From Chrysomallon squamiferum (taxonomy: Eukaryota > Animalia > Mollusca), in contig CM022677.1 in the NCBI GenBank assembly GCA_012295275.1, positions 13,764,001 to 13,828,000 of the forward strand: a DNA stretch of 64,000 nucleotides. Direction: 5' to 3'. Each line of letters begins with the position of its first letter. Position 1 is the first letter of the stretch. This document shows positions 40,750 through 55,089 of the stretch, one piece after another. The position numbers were made by a program, and so were the translations under genes. The notes under the pieces are model-generated. The model was given only the letters and a program-made list of their open reading frames with translations. It was not told the origin of the DNA and did no database searches.

Positions 40750-41500
40750 GATTGATTTGTGGTGTTCTAGAGATCAGTGATCAGAAAGTGCAGGAGGCCC
40801 TATTGAGGTTAACATGTAATACCAATTTATTCAACAAGGTAATATATGAAGTTATATTGGTTTAATTATCAAAATAAAATAAAAATAAAATAAATAATTT
40901 CTTTATAAATAATTGTTTAAAACTGAAATTATAATAGTAATTTTTATAATTATTTTGATCTCCGACTTTTTACATTATTAAACAATGTTATATAATTAAT
41001 GATTCTGTATTTTATAATGTCAGTGTCCATACATTGTACCTGACATTGTATCAAGAAAAAACATTTAGCTAAATTATTTGTTATTTAGAAATCTGGAAAT
41101 GTAAACATATCTAAATGCTTCTGTACATTTTGGTTAAAAAAAAAAAAATTTTTTAAAAGATAAAAATTATTTTATTAATTATTTAGAAATACTGATCTCT
41201 GTACTGTTGTCATCACATGATTTTACATCAAGAACAAAATAACTGAAATATTTACCTAATATTTTCAGAATTCTCAATATCCACACACACTTCAACATTT
41301 TACCTTGGTAAACAAATATAGCTATATACTAATGTTTTTATTTATTTTTAAATAATATTTGCTATTTTAGAATTCTTGGTGTGCAAACATATACTTCAAC
41401 ATAATATTGGTGTAAAAGATTTCACATTGGTGTTGTTGTTGTTGTTGTGTGATGCTGGTGCCAATGTCAACTCTCCTCTCTTTGTCAGCAAATACTACTG
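40750..41500 (+). pseudogene. Two ankyrin-repeat-like exon remnants
   Basis: 40750-40838 (tttcag|..|gtaata) reads LEISDQKVQEALLRLTCNTNLFNK. 41371-~41500 reads LVLLLLLCDAGANVNSPL. Both match the ankyrin LL..GA.VN pattern. Confidence 0.55.
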
Positions 41501-41656
41501 AGTAATTATAACAATTTTACCATTTGAATTAGTTTGAACATTTACATAAAGACTATTTTATTACCAGTATCAGTAGTTTAGTTAAACCAGTGTTTAACAG
41601 AAGTTTACCAGTATATTGTTCTGTATGATTTATTAAGAACAAAGTATATTTGAGTC

Positions 41657-41835
41657 TGTGACTACCCACACTTCATACACTGACTTACACATTGACTAGT
41701 GAGAAGTGTTTGATAATCATACAGAAAACAGTTTGATGGAAGCACTGATGTGATTTGATTCTGTGACTACCCACATTTCATACACTGACTTACACATTGA
41801 CTAGTGAGAAGTGTTTGATAATCATACAGAAAACA
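41657..41835. repeat. Direct duplication, ~104-bp period, 2 copies
   Basis: CTGTGACTACCCACA.TTCATACACTGACTTACACATTGACTAGTGAGAAGTGTTTGATAATCATACAGAAAACA occurs twice. Confidence 0.9.
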
Positions 41836-42860
41836 CAGAATAAATAATGATTAATAGTTTACAAAAAGTTAAATCTTTATTATACGATTAAAAACATGAA
41901 ATCAAACATAACTATTTTGACTAGTAAAACAAAATGAAATAAAATCAAATAAAATAAAATAAGAATAAAATAAGGGAAAAGCCTGTTAAAAATATAAAAA
42001 TAAAATATACATGTATATCATGTAACAATTTATAAAATAAAAATTTTCCACCACTCTTTTTATTAGTTAGTTTTGTAATTTCTCTTTTAAATATGTTTTT
42101 TAAATTCTTCCAAAACAAATTCTGTTATTTAGATAAGGTATTAATGGAGCTCAGTGTGGAATGGGAAACAGTGTAATGTTTCAAGGTCAGAGTGACCTGT
42201 GGGATCATTTTGGATTCTTGTTTATTAAAACTAGTTGTAATTAAAACAGTTAATAGCTATCATTTTAAATACTAATAAATTAAAATTTTAATAAACTCAG
42301 ATATTTTTATGTTGTATTTTACAGATGACTGAATTCCACTGCAGTCCACGTTGTCAACGATGTTTAATCAAACTAGTTCAGTTCACAGTTGTCTCCATGA
42401 TGTTGATCATGTCAGTTCACATAAACTGTATTTTGATGTTTGATCATGTCAGTTCCACTGCAGTCCACGTCTCCATGATGTTGATCATGTCAGTTCACAT
42501 GACAGAATTCTCACATTGTCTCCATGTTGTCTGACCAGAATGTTCTCTACAAACCAAAGATTTGAAATTCCTATTTTTTTATTGGTTTCAAAGATATAAT
42601 TAAACTAATACAGCATAAAGAAATCAAATAAAAGTAAAACAGAAAAGTTAATATTAAACAAAAATCTTATATACAACATCCTATATTTTGTGAAATTAAA
42701 AAAAATCAAATAAAAAAGATAGAAGGAAAGTGAACTCTTTATTATTAAAAACCAAGAAGAAAAAGTATGGATAAATAAACTAATTTGCGTTTTTAACCAT
42801 ACAAACTATTATTTTGTTTATGTATGTGAACAATCTTGTTAATTACAATGTTTGACAAGT

Positions 42861-43691
42861 TTACCACAAAACTGAAAAACACACAGCTTGGCGTTTTTGT
42901 AGATTATTATGTATATTTAATATTTTAGGTAACTTTTAAATAATAATTGGCTCTCATTTCCAGTGATAAATGTTATATTTCTTTAGTAAATTATTTTGAT
43001 TTATTAGGGTTATCACTGATATGTTTTGTTTATTATTTTCACAGGATAAACAAGCCCTTGCTGACCAGATAAAGTTCTATCAGGCCAAGGATGACCACTT
43101 GACCAGGCTTGTAGTACAATTCAGTGAAGAACAATCACTTCTCCAGTTCGTGGTTTTATAATATAATATTGTAGCAGTTGTTGTTAAGAAAATGTATGAA
43201 TGTAATATTTTACTTTTCAGACACCACAGAAAGCTATTTACAAGAACTGATGTCCTCTGAATCTAAATGACTTGTCAAGTTTGCCTCCAACTCTTCAAGT
43301 TTTCTGACTGTACTGAACTAAGTAAACAGAAGATAAAACATCTCCACAGTAAAAATATAAAGAACTGAATAACTGGAGAAAACTGAGAGTTTAGAAAGTT
43401 CCACACCAAAATAACATTTTAAAAACATTACTTGTGTGAATCGTGGACTATTCTTATTGAAGAATGTATAATGCTGTGACATGATTTTAGATTCAGTCAC
43501 AGTGTTGTTGATGAAAGTTATAATCAGATGTAGACAGTACACAGCAACAAGTACAGTCAAGTATGTGAAAAAAAGAAATTATCTTTTAAAAATGATTTAA
43601 TGTCAGATATCCTTGATTACTGCTTTAAAAATAAATACACACTTCGTATTAAAAATATTTGGTTCAAGGGAGATAATTTAATTTTTGTATA

Positions 43692-43727
<36 letters not shown>

Positions 43728-46700
43728 TTAATTTTTGAAAAAAAATAATGTACTAAATCATATATAACCAAACATAAAATAACAGAATATCAAGAGTTCT
43801 GATAAAGATTTACCTTATAAACGTTTGTAAAATCATAAAATGGAATCAGTTGTGTAAATCTATATATGCCATATATTTGTTTGGAAGATTAAAATCAGAA
43901 ATGAAAAATGTTCTTAATTACTAATTTCAAGTTATTTATTAAGGCTTATAGTTTTTGTAAACAAATGTCTTGTTTTTCATTTTATGTTGTATATTTTATC
44001 ATTAACTTTTATTGATAAATCAGAAATCTTGGCATTTTTGTGTTTATAGCAAATACTCAAATCTTTAGAACCTTAAAATATATTTTAAATACTTTTTAAT
44101 TTGAAACTTAGAAACATTTTATATCATGCTTTTCTGAATTTACAATTAAGGATTTTTGCAAAATTTTTCTAAACTTTGTTTTCTTGTTGAAATAAGTATT
44201 TCAAATTATTTTGTTTTTTTGTTTTTATCACATATGTTTTTAGCAAGCTTTATTAAATTATAGGGTGAGGTACAATAACCAAAATGTAGTAATTACTAGG
44301 CATTATAATATTTTATACTAGTTAATAATTTTTTATTCAGTACTTAAGAGAATGTTTATTTAACATTGAAAATCAGTGAGTAACAACTTAAAAACAACAA
44401 GAAAGAAACAAAACAAGCCCTGTTTGGTACCAGCTAACTTTATTTTCATTATTGTCATAATTAATTTTTACCACAAAACTGAAAAACACACAGCTTGGCG
44501 TTTTTGTAGATTATTATGTATATTTAATATTTTAGGTAACTTTTAAATAATAATTGGCTCTCATTTCCAGTGATAAATGTTATATTTTTTTAGTAAATTA
44601 TTTTTATTTATTAGGGTTATCACTGATATGTTTTGTTTATTATTTTCACAGGATAAACAAGCCCTTGCTGACCAGATAAAGTTCTATCAGGCCAAGGATG
44701 ACCACTTGACCAGGCTTGTAGTACAATTCAGTGAAGAACAATCACTTCTCCAGTTCGTGGTTTTATAATATAATATTGTAGCAGTTGTTGTTAAGAAAAT
44801 GTATGAATGTAATATTTTACTTTTCAGACACCACAGAAAGCTATTTACAAGAACTGATATCCTCTGAATCTAAATGACTTGTCAAGTTTGCCTCCAACTC
44901 TTCAAGTTTTCTGACTGTACTGAACTAAGTAAACAGAAGATAAAACATCTCCACAGTAAAAATATAAAGAACTGAATAACTGGAGAAAACTGAGAGTTTA
45001 GAAAGTTCCACACCAAAATAACATTTTAAAAACATTACTTGTGTGAATCGTGGACTATTCTTATTGAAGAATGTATAATGCTGTGACATGATTTTAGATT
45101 CAGTCACAGTGTTGTTGATGAAAGTTATAATCAGATGTAGACAGTACACAGCAACAAGTACAGTCAAGTATGTGAAAAAAAGAAATTATCTTTTAAAAAT
45201 GATTTAATGTCAGATATCCTTGATTACTGCTTTAAAAATAAATACACACTTCGTATTAAAAATATTTGGTTCAAGGGAGATAATTTAATTTTTTTATAAT
45301 TATTATTATTATTATTATATATATATATATTTTTTTTTTTTTTTGAAAAAAAATAATGTACTTAATCATATAACCAAAGCATAAAATAACAGAATATCAA
45401 GAGTTCTGATAAAGATTTACCTTATAAACGTTTGTAAAATCATAAAATGGAATCAGTTGTGTAAATCTATATATGCCATATATTTGTTTGGAAGATTAAA
45501 ATCAGAAATGAAAAATGTTCTTAATTACTAATTTCAAGTTATTTATTAAGGCTTATAGTTTTTGTAAACAAATGTCTTGTTTTTCATTTTATGTTGTATA
45601 TTTTATCATTAACTTTTATTGATAAATCAGAAATCTTGGCATTTTTGTGTTTATAGCAAATACTCAAATCTTTAGAACCTTAAAATATATTTTAAATACT
45701 TTTTAATTTGAAACTTAGAAACATTTTATATCATGCTTTTCTGAATTTACAATTAAGGATTTTTGCAAAATTTTTCTAAACTTTGTTTTCTTGTTGAAAT
45801 AAGTATTTCAAATTATTTTGTTTTTTTGTTTTTATCACATATGTTTTTAGCAAGCTTTATTAAATTATAGGGTGAGGTACAATAACCAAAATGTTAGTAA
45901 TTACTAGGCATTATAATATTTTATACTAGTTAATAATTTTTTATTCAGTACTTAAGAGAATGTTTATTTAACATTGAAAATCAGTGAGTAACAACTTAAA
46001 AACAACAAGAAAGAAACAAAACAAGCCCTGTTTGGTACCAGCTAACTTTATTTTCATTATTGTCATAATTAATTTTTACCACAAAACTGAAAAACACACA
46101 GCTTGGCGTTTTTGTAGATTATTATGTATATTTAATATTTTAGGTAACTTTTAAATAATAATTGGCTCTCATTTCCAGTGATAAATGTTATATTTTTTTA
46201 GTAAATTATTTTTATTTATTAGGGTTATCACTGATATGTTTTGTTTATTATTTTCACAGGATAAACAAGCCCTTGCTGACCAGATGAAGTTATATCAGGC
46301 CAAGGATGACCACTTGACCAGGCTTGTAGTACAATTCAGTGAAGAACAATCACTTCTCCAGTTCGTGGTGTTAAAAGAAATTTGTACAACCTCAGAAACT
46401 CAGATGATTTCAAGTGTTTTGAAATCAGATGCTGAGTATAATGGACAGGTAATTCAGTTTACAACTAGATTTTATAAACTGTAAAATATAAATCATTTAA
46501 TGTCATATGAGAATATTTTTAATATTATTATTATTATATATAATTTTGTTTTTTTAAATAATGCTTCTATAGATGCAAAGAAAAAGACAAACCATGACAT
46601 TGATATAGCAATTGGAATAAAAGGATTCTACTTTAGAAAAATCTATCTTTAAGAAGTAGCAGATAAAGATTATTGATCTTATTTGTTATCTATTTTTATA

Positions 46701-48388
46701 AAAGATGCTAAGTTACTTACTTTATTAAAAGAAAAATGGATGTTATATATATATATATATTCTTTTTTGAGAGAAACAGCCAATTTTCTTTTAATGAAGT
46801 AAGTAACTTAGCATCTTTTATAAAAATTGATAACAAGTAAGATCAGTAATTTTTATCTGCTACTTCTTAAAGATATATGTATATATATATATATATATAT
46901 TTTTAAATTACTCAAGGTTCTGAGTTGATTTAGTCAGACTAGTATTAAACACATATTTCCCCAGACAGTCAAAATTAGAGGAATGTTTAAATAAATGAAA
47001 TTGAACTTTATTTTATTTCAGTTAAATTAACTGTACTTGTTATTGGTTGAATATATTACTTCAGATTCAAATGAAAAAATATAATATTGTAGCAGTTGTT
47101 GTTAAGAAAATGTATGAATGTAATATTTTACTTTTCAGACACCACAGAAAGCTATTTACAAGAACTGATGTCCTCTGAATCTAAATGACTTGTCAAGTTT
47201 GCCTCCAACTCTTCAAGTTTTCTGACTGTACTGAACTAAGTAAACAGAAGATAAAACATCTCCACAGTAAAAATATAAAGAACTGAATAACTGGAGAAAA
47301 CTGAGAGTTTAGAAAGTTCCACACCAAAATAACATTTTAAAAACATTACTTGTGTGAATCGTGGACTATTCTTATTGAAGAATGTATAATGCTGTGACAT
47401 GATTTTAGATTCAGTCACAGTGTTGTTGATGAAAGTTATAATCAGATGTAGACAGTACACAGCAACAAGTACAGTCAAGTATGTGAAAAAAAGAAATTAT
47501 TTTTTAAAAATGATTTAATGTCAGATATCCTTGATTACTGCTTTAAAAATAAATACACACTTCGTATTAAAAATGTTTGGTTCAAGGGAGATAATTTAAT
47601 TTTTTTATAATTATTATTATTATTATTATATATATATATATTTTTTTTAATTTTTGAAAAAAAATAATGTACTTAATCATATAACCAAAGCATAAAATAA
47701 CAGAATATCAAGAGTTCTGATAAAGATTTACCCTATAAACGTTTGTAAAATCATAAAATGGAATCAGTTGTGTAAATCTATATATGCAATATATTTGTTT
47801 GGAAGATTAAAATCAGAAATGAAAAATGTTCTTAATTACTAATTTCAAGTTATTTATTAAGGCTTATAGTTTTTGTAAACAAATGTCTTGTTTTTCATTT
47901 TATGTTGTATATTTTATCATTAACTTTTATTGATAAATCAGAAATCTTGGCATTTTTGTGTTTATAGCAAATACTCAAATCTTTAGAACCTTAAAATATA
48001 TTTTAAATACTTTTTAATTTGAAACTTAGAAACATTTTATATCATGCTTTTCTGAATTTACAATTAAGGATTTTTGCAAAATTTTTCTAAACTTTGTTTT
48101 CTTGTTGAAATAAGTATTTCAAATTATTTTGTTTTTTTGTTTTTATCACATATGTTTTTAGCAAGCTTTATTAAATTATAGGGTGAGGTACAATAACCAA
48201 AATTTAGTATTTACTAGGCATTATAATATTTTATACTAGTTAATAATTTTTTATTCAGTACTTAAGAGAATGTTTATTTAACATTGAAAATCAGTGAGTA
48301 ACAACTTAAAAACAACAAGAAAGAAACAAAACAAGCCCTGTTTGGTACCAGCTAACTTTATTTTCATTATTGTCATAATTAATTTTTA
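42861..48388 (+). repeat. Near-identical tandem triplication: units start at 42861, 44468 and 46076 (period 1607-1608 bp; third unit ~0.7 kb longer)
   Basis: TTACCACAAAACTGAAAAACACACAGC opens each unit. Identical 80-aa antisense ORFs recur at 43318, 44925 and 47236. Confidence 0.97.
46644..46875. repeat. Long inverted repeat (hairpin/foldback), ~100-bp arms, ~30-bp loop
   Basis: 46644-46744 is the reverse complement of 46775-46875 with about 7 mismatches by eye. Confidence 0.93.
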
Positions 48389-50896
48389 ACAACATTATGA
48401 ATAAATAAATAAATAAATAAAATGTATACAGATATCTATTAATTCATTGATTCACTCATCCATTCACTCTGTACCCTCCTTGTTCATTCACTGCTTCATG
48501 TAAAAGATAAAATGTAGAAACAACACAACTGTGAAGAGAAATGTAGAAAACAACAACATATAGTAATTTCATGTGGCAAATTTAGTATTATATCAGACAT
48601 TAGCATGTTAGTTTGTTCCTAACCTTAAATTTCCTGACCATTTTAATCCATAAATTTCAGAAAATGAGTATTTTAAGCTCATTATTTCTAGATATATACA
48701 AAAATAATACAAATATTTTTAAATTAGCATATTTAAATAGGGATCTTTTAATTGGTATTTTTAATTTAACATTTTCCCATTGGCATAGTTATATTATAAA
48801 GTTTAAATTTTCTTATGAACTATGATGTTCTTGTCAAATTAGCATATTTCATTACCATATTTAAATAATGTTTTATTAGCATATTTAAATTTAAACTAGC
48901 TTTAAAAATGCAGATTAAACCTGAATTGAAAGAAAGTATTTTTAAAATCTAAGAACAAATGACAAAATGAACTGATATGAATTTCTTAGTGTACATCATC
49001 AAAGCCAATTTTACAGACATTCAGGAAACGAAACCCAGAAACAATGAAAACAGATGATTAAAAATAAATAATATATTTATTTAACAAAGTAATTTTATAA
49101 TTTTGAATATTTTATAAATCGGTTTGAGAATTTGACACTAATGTTTTTTGTTATCTAAATATTACCACTATTACTACCAGTACTACTGCAACAACAACAC
49201 GAACTACTACTACTACTAATGATAATAACATTTATTACTAATTAAAGTTGATCCTTTTTTTTACTGTGTCAAGTAGTATTAATAATTTAATGATTTTTGC
49301 TTATATCAGTTTTGATGTTAAAATAACAACAAAGAGTAACATCAGTAATGATCACAAAGTTAAACTGTTCTCTGAACAACTGTTTTGAATTTACTACAAG
49401 TTTTAAAATGGAATACAAATTATCAGTAAAGCTGGAAACACTTTATAAAAACATGACAATGACAGCAACTTTTATAGAAGCAGGTCACATTATATCTCAA
49501 CATGGAAAGTTGTCTCATACAACAAATGTTACAAGTACTATTTAGGATAAGACATTGAGATTAAATACTGAGGTATTGTTTACTAAAAATAATAATAATG
49601 AAAACATTTAAGCAACATTTCTTTTTCTCAAAAAGAAACAAATTGCATGAATGCTTTGGTATGAAAATAAATTCTTGAAAGTAACAAATTTATTTTGTGT
49701 TTATTATATTCCTGGTTACATAATAAAAATAAATAAATAAATAAGCAAAAGATAATATAAAAAAAAATCACAAAAACAAATTCTGTTTAGAATATTTTTT
49801 CATATATTTAGATATTTTGAAAGACTACTCAATCAATTGCCTCTGACAACTACTGCAAAAACTGAAAGAAAAACTTTTTGAAAAACTTGGCATTTTCATG
49901 TAAAGATATTAAAATAAGAAAATAAAATATTGTCCACAGGAGAAAATAAAAATGATAAATTAAATAATTTAAAAAATATATATATTCATAAAACATTTGT
50001 CATTAAGAATTGAAACCATGACAACAATGTAAAGAGTAAACTGCTGCTGCAGCTGCTGATGAGGTCAGGATGATGGTGATGTGTGTTGCTGGTGCTTTCC
50101 CAGTCTTCCACAGAGAATTATTAATAACAACAGCATCAGTGTTTACTTGATGTCAGTGAAACTTTTAGCCATATAAATATAACTGTGAAAAGAAGAAAAT
50201 AATTTATTACATGATAATTAATACAGTAATTCATTAGCATTAACTCATTTGAAATCAGAAAAAAAACATTCTTCAATATAATTGTTTTTAGTGAAATATT
50301 TTAATCTTATTTCTGTGAGATAATCAATTATAAAAAAATAATTTAAAAAATATCAATAAATAACATAAAAAGAAAAAAAAGAAAAAAACAGAAGACACTG
50401 AAACAAAATAAAGTATTTGATTTTTTTATTAAAAAGCATAAGAAATTATATACTGATAAATATTTTATCATCACTGTTGAAACACACCATTAAAATACAT
50501 TGAATAACTTCTAGTTAAAGCCTGTATCATTTTTTTTTAACTGACAAGCACAAAAATTTAAATCTTGTTAAAAAACACCAAAACTGTTATCAGTTTATAT
50601 TAAAAAATGTATATTAACGAACAGTATAAAATTAATACCATTATTGATGAATACATTTATAGACACTCACACCTATCCAATAGATTTATTCCTCACTGAG
50701 GTATTTCTGTAAATTTCTAACAATAAATGTCTATGATCTATCAATCAGATGAAATTAGAAAGATAATCCTCTTACAAAACTTCAAAAAAATGTTTGTCAT
50801 AATTTGAATAAAATCAAAAGTAACAATAATAACAAACAATAAAATATTGTAGATTAACAAGAGTGGTGGATCATCCTGAATTGGTTTTAATCAGTT

Positions 50897-51598
50897 ATAA
50901 AAACTACCTATGTCTTTTAACATTGTGATCAATTAGAAAAACTACCTATGTCTTTTAACATTGAGATTCATTATAAAAACTACCTATGTCTTTTAACATT
51001 GTGATTAATTGTAAAAACTACCTATGTCTTTTAACATTGAATTAATTATAAAAACTACCCATGTCTTTTAACATTGTGATTAATTATAAAAACTACCTAT
51101 GTCTTTTAACATTGTGATTAATTATAAAAACTACCTATGTCTTTTAACACTGAGATTAATTATAAAAACTATCTATGTCTTTTAACATTGTGATTAATTA
51201 TAAAAACTACCTATGTCTTTTAACACTGAGATTAATTATAAAAACTACCTATGTCTTTTAACATTGTGATTAATTATAAAAACTACCTATGTCTTTTAAC
51301 ATTGTGATTAATTATAAAAACTACCTATGTCTTTTAACATTGTGATCAATTAGAAAAATGGAAAAAACTACCTATGTCTTTTAACATTGTGATCAATTAG
51401 AAAAACTACCTATGTCTTTTAACATTGTGATCAATTAGAAAAACTACCTATGTCTTTTAACATTGTGATCAATTAGAAAAACTACCTATGTCTTTTAACA
51501 TTGTGATTAATTGTAAAAACTACCTATGTCTTTTAACATTGTGATTAATTGTAAAAACTACCTATGTCTTTTAACATTGTGATTAACTGTAAAAACTA
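50897..51598. repeat. 38-bp minisatellite (ATAAAAACTACCTATGTCTTTTAACATTGTGATTAATT), ~18 copies
   Basis: Direct reading; period 38, no unique spacers. Confidence 0.97.
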
Positions 51599-53968
51599 TT
51601 ATCATTTATTCTCGTTATCAGAATAGTTTATAGTTGAGTGTGTTAGTCCCTATTAACATGAGCGCAGTGCATACTTCAGTTTTCATTAATAACATAATTT
51701 ATTCATTAATATTAATATCGAAGTCGTTTTTGTATTTGTGATTATACATTGCGGTTCCATAAACAAGAGATTCTCGTGTAATTAATATGACCTGGATATA
51801 ACGGAATATCACATTAAACTTTTCGTCTATGTTTAATAATTCAAACATTTACTGAGTAACAGTACGCTGTATATTTCCAAATTCAGGTATTGTCCATGAG
51901 TAAATATCATTATTTTAATCTATAGTGATTATTTTAATGATCATTTTAGTCTATAATGTAATGAAATGTCTTTTGTGATTCTCCTGTGAAATAAAAGGAT
52001 AAGCTTACAGTTTCTTTAATATAACTGTTTCTTTATAATAAATATATAATATATAATAAATAATAAATATATAATAAATATACTGAAATAATCGTTTTAT
52101 ACCTTACATAACCTTTTCTTTTCCCTTGTTTCAGTATTCTTTCTTAATTATTGTTGTTGTTTTTATCGTTGATGTCGTTATGTCAGATAGTATTATTGTC
52201 GTCATTATAAAGAAAGAAACAATTATCAACAGACAAATAGATACAAAGATAATAACACACACACATACTCACACACACGCGCAGATAGCTAGGGATGCAT
52301 ATAGAGATAGACATTTTACATTTCATAGGCAAATGAACTTGTAAGAAAATGTTTGTACATGCATTACTATATAATATTAACTATATCACATTAACCTCGC
52401 TTTTCACATCTTTTCTTTTATTGGTCATTTTAATTATTCAGTTCAGTTTTGGGTTTTTCTATCTGTCTGTCTGTCTGTCTGTCTGTCTATGGATTTATCT
52501 CTCTATACGTCTGTCTGTCTCACTCTCTATCTATCTGTCTGTCTGTCTATCTATCCACCTACCTATTTAGCGCTCAGATTATAGTGATAAGTACAGATGC
52601 ACCTGTAACTAAAACTTCAGTAAAAACAATATATAAACACCGCAAAAAACATTGGGAGAAGTTCACTGTATTCTGAAAATACTGAAGGATCTTCGAGATT
52701 AATATTAATATTAATGTATTTATTTATTTATTTTGTTAACTAAGTTAATTAGTTTGTGTTTTATCTCATAGAATACTAAGCTTGTCCCTGTAAACTGCAA
52801 CTGAAATGTCCTTTGTTTTGCAGTAAAAAACAAAAAGATGTTCCTGTTCAAGTAAAGAGTAACTCAGTTTTCGCCATCCTTTCATCAGAATCATTTTAAC
52901 AATTTTTTTATTGATAAGTTTTGACCAAAAAATAACGTTATATTTTATTATGGTCAAAGCTGTTTGCCACGTATAATTGAACTGAACCACAATATTTACA
53001 GTTCATTTGCTTCAACCAGACCTGTTCATACTAATACATTTAAATTCAGCGAAAGAACCATAATGTTTTACATTTATATATAGCGCTCTAGATTATTCCT
53101 AGTTCAATATTAATTGTCTAATAATGTAATTAATTTTTAGGGGAGATAATAGAATATCACTTTCTACAGTTAATTAAGAATTAATCTGTAACAGCGCAGT
53201 ATATTTACAGAACTTGTGTTATAATAAACAAAATTCATCTCGCGCATCCTCGCCTTTTCACTTTACTTTTAATATTAAAAACTTCTATTAATGTTTCTCT
53301 ATATTCTAGGCTTTTCTAAGAAAGATGCACTTGCAAATATCAATAACATGGTGAAGTTAAGTCATCTTAATCTAGTCTCTTACCTCTCAACTGCAATGTA
53401 CTATCTTAATACAAAAAAATAAAAACATAATATAAAAAGAGAGAATAATACGCATTATTAAACGTTGATTCATTATTCAACTTATTAGATACGTTATACC
53501 TGTTAATGAAAAATTATTTATTTATTTATTTATTATGCAAAATAAAGTTATCTAATATTGTTAATTAAAATACAATACCTCTATTTTTCAATACACTGTG
53601 TTTTCAATACATAATATTACCGCTACGCCTCTGTTTACAACATAAAACATGTAACATAAATAGCGATGGCGGTACTGAAGTTGCATCTTATTTTCATAAC
53701 GCCGTGTAAAATTACTCCTACTTAGCTGTTCTGTGAAACATGTTCTGTTAATAAAATGTCACATTAGTATGGAAGTGTTCTCGACATTTTGGATTTCACA
53801 TATAATTCTACTGTTGTTTATAAAAACACGCTAACCCGAAAACCCAATCTATATTTCTGAATGTACACAGAGTTTTCACAGTAAAATCACACAGTAAAAT
53901 CATGCAGTTATATTTAACAACCATTATTTGAAAACCTCTTTTGTATTTCTCAAAAAAGAAGAAAAAAA

Positions 53969-54051
<83 letters not shown>

Positions 54052-54273
54052 AATGTGGTTTTCTATTACTTACTAATGTATAGAGATGTACTTACTAACT
54101 AGAGATGCTATGAGATCAATATTCTCTTATTTAGAGATTTTAAAAGAAAAGATGTTTTACAGGAAATGTTGAGGTTAACACGTTATGTCTCTCACAGGTC
54201 TACTTATACAGATAATTAATCTATATAAAATATAAGTTTTCAATATAAACAAACAAATATATATGTATATAAT

Positions 54274-54312
<39 letters not shown>

Positions 54313-54411
54313 CATCCAAAAAATAGAGAAAAAAAACCATTAAGCTTAACCAGCAGCGCAGTTTATACGGTAAAATATATTCATTTCAAAACATTTATTT
54401 GAGAAGCTCAG

Positions 54412-54452
<41 letters not shown>

Positions 54453-55089
54453 AAAAAATAAAAAAATTATAGCTTACATTTATTATAAGTTATTATGTAG
54501 GTCAGAGGTGTATATTGAAAATATAAAATGTCACATTTTTCTAGAGTTAAAACTAAATCTCTCAAACTGTGAAATAAAAAAAAAAAAATAATAAAATGCT
54601 GCAGGGAAACAGAGAGTTGTGTACCCTTTTTTGTAGCTGACGAGTTGATACTTGGCTTATATTCTACTAACCCGAAACCCCAATCTATATTTCTGAATGT
54701 ACACAGAGTTTTCACAGTAAAATCACACCTGTAATGTTTTGGGTAGAATACTGTTTTTTCGTGGGGTGTTTTCGTGTTTGTTTTTTTTCTCTTCCTGACT
54801 GTAGTAGTAATAGAAGAAAGTATTATTTTTAAATTCCTGGCAAAGCGTTGGGTATATTTTACAAATATACTTTTTCTAACCTGGAGTCAGTGAGATGGAG
54901 AAAGATGAAGGTGATTTTCATTAACTACACCACAGATTGTGCTTTCAATTAGTGTTCTGCTAATTAATATTTATTAAGTATATTTTAAGAATTCTGGTAG
55001 TTGTTCGTCCTGTACAACGGCGAGTGTTTTGTGAAGAAACGTTAGGGTGAAACTTGTGAAGATAAGTCAGGCTGTGCAGACGTGCAATA

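Larger units (their letters stand above)
34776..47480 (+). pseudogene. Multi-exon pseudogene copy B, STK31/TDRD8-like, spanning a scaffold gap, with ankyrin-like exons and a triplicated 3' part
   Basis: Exon remnants: 38041-38207 (LLNTWSKTEFSDL..SVLKIQRRIHNFMD, coiled-coil-like), ~42133-42185 (WNGKQC), 46260-46448 (DKQALADQMKLYQAKDDHLTRLVVQFSEEQSLLQ...EYNGQ) and 47139 onward (YLQELMSSES, kinase C-terminus-like). The order matches my recollection of STK31. Many disablements. Confidence 0.45.

Noticed and set aside
46185-46484. RNF213 as the identity of the QFSEEQSLLQ exon; ORF as a stand-alone gene
   Set aside because: Motif order does not fit RNF213 as I recall it. The ORF includes intron sequence on both sides of a 189-bp exon.
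43318-47478. Three identical 80-aa minus-strand ORFs (MTVLVAVYCLH...)
   Set aside because: Antisense shadows of the triplicated unit; they start at TTG and the identity reflects recent duplication, not selection.
49309-49572. Possible SEA-like exon following EGF-gene-related intron sequence
   Set aside because: Resemblance too weak to support by eye.
50897-51598. CRISPR-like 38-bp repeat array
   Set aside because: Head-to-tail units without unique spacers, no cas genes, and a eukaryotic context.
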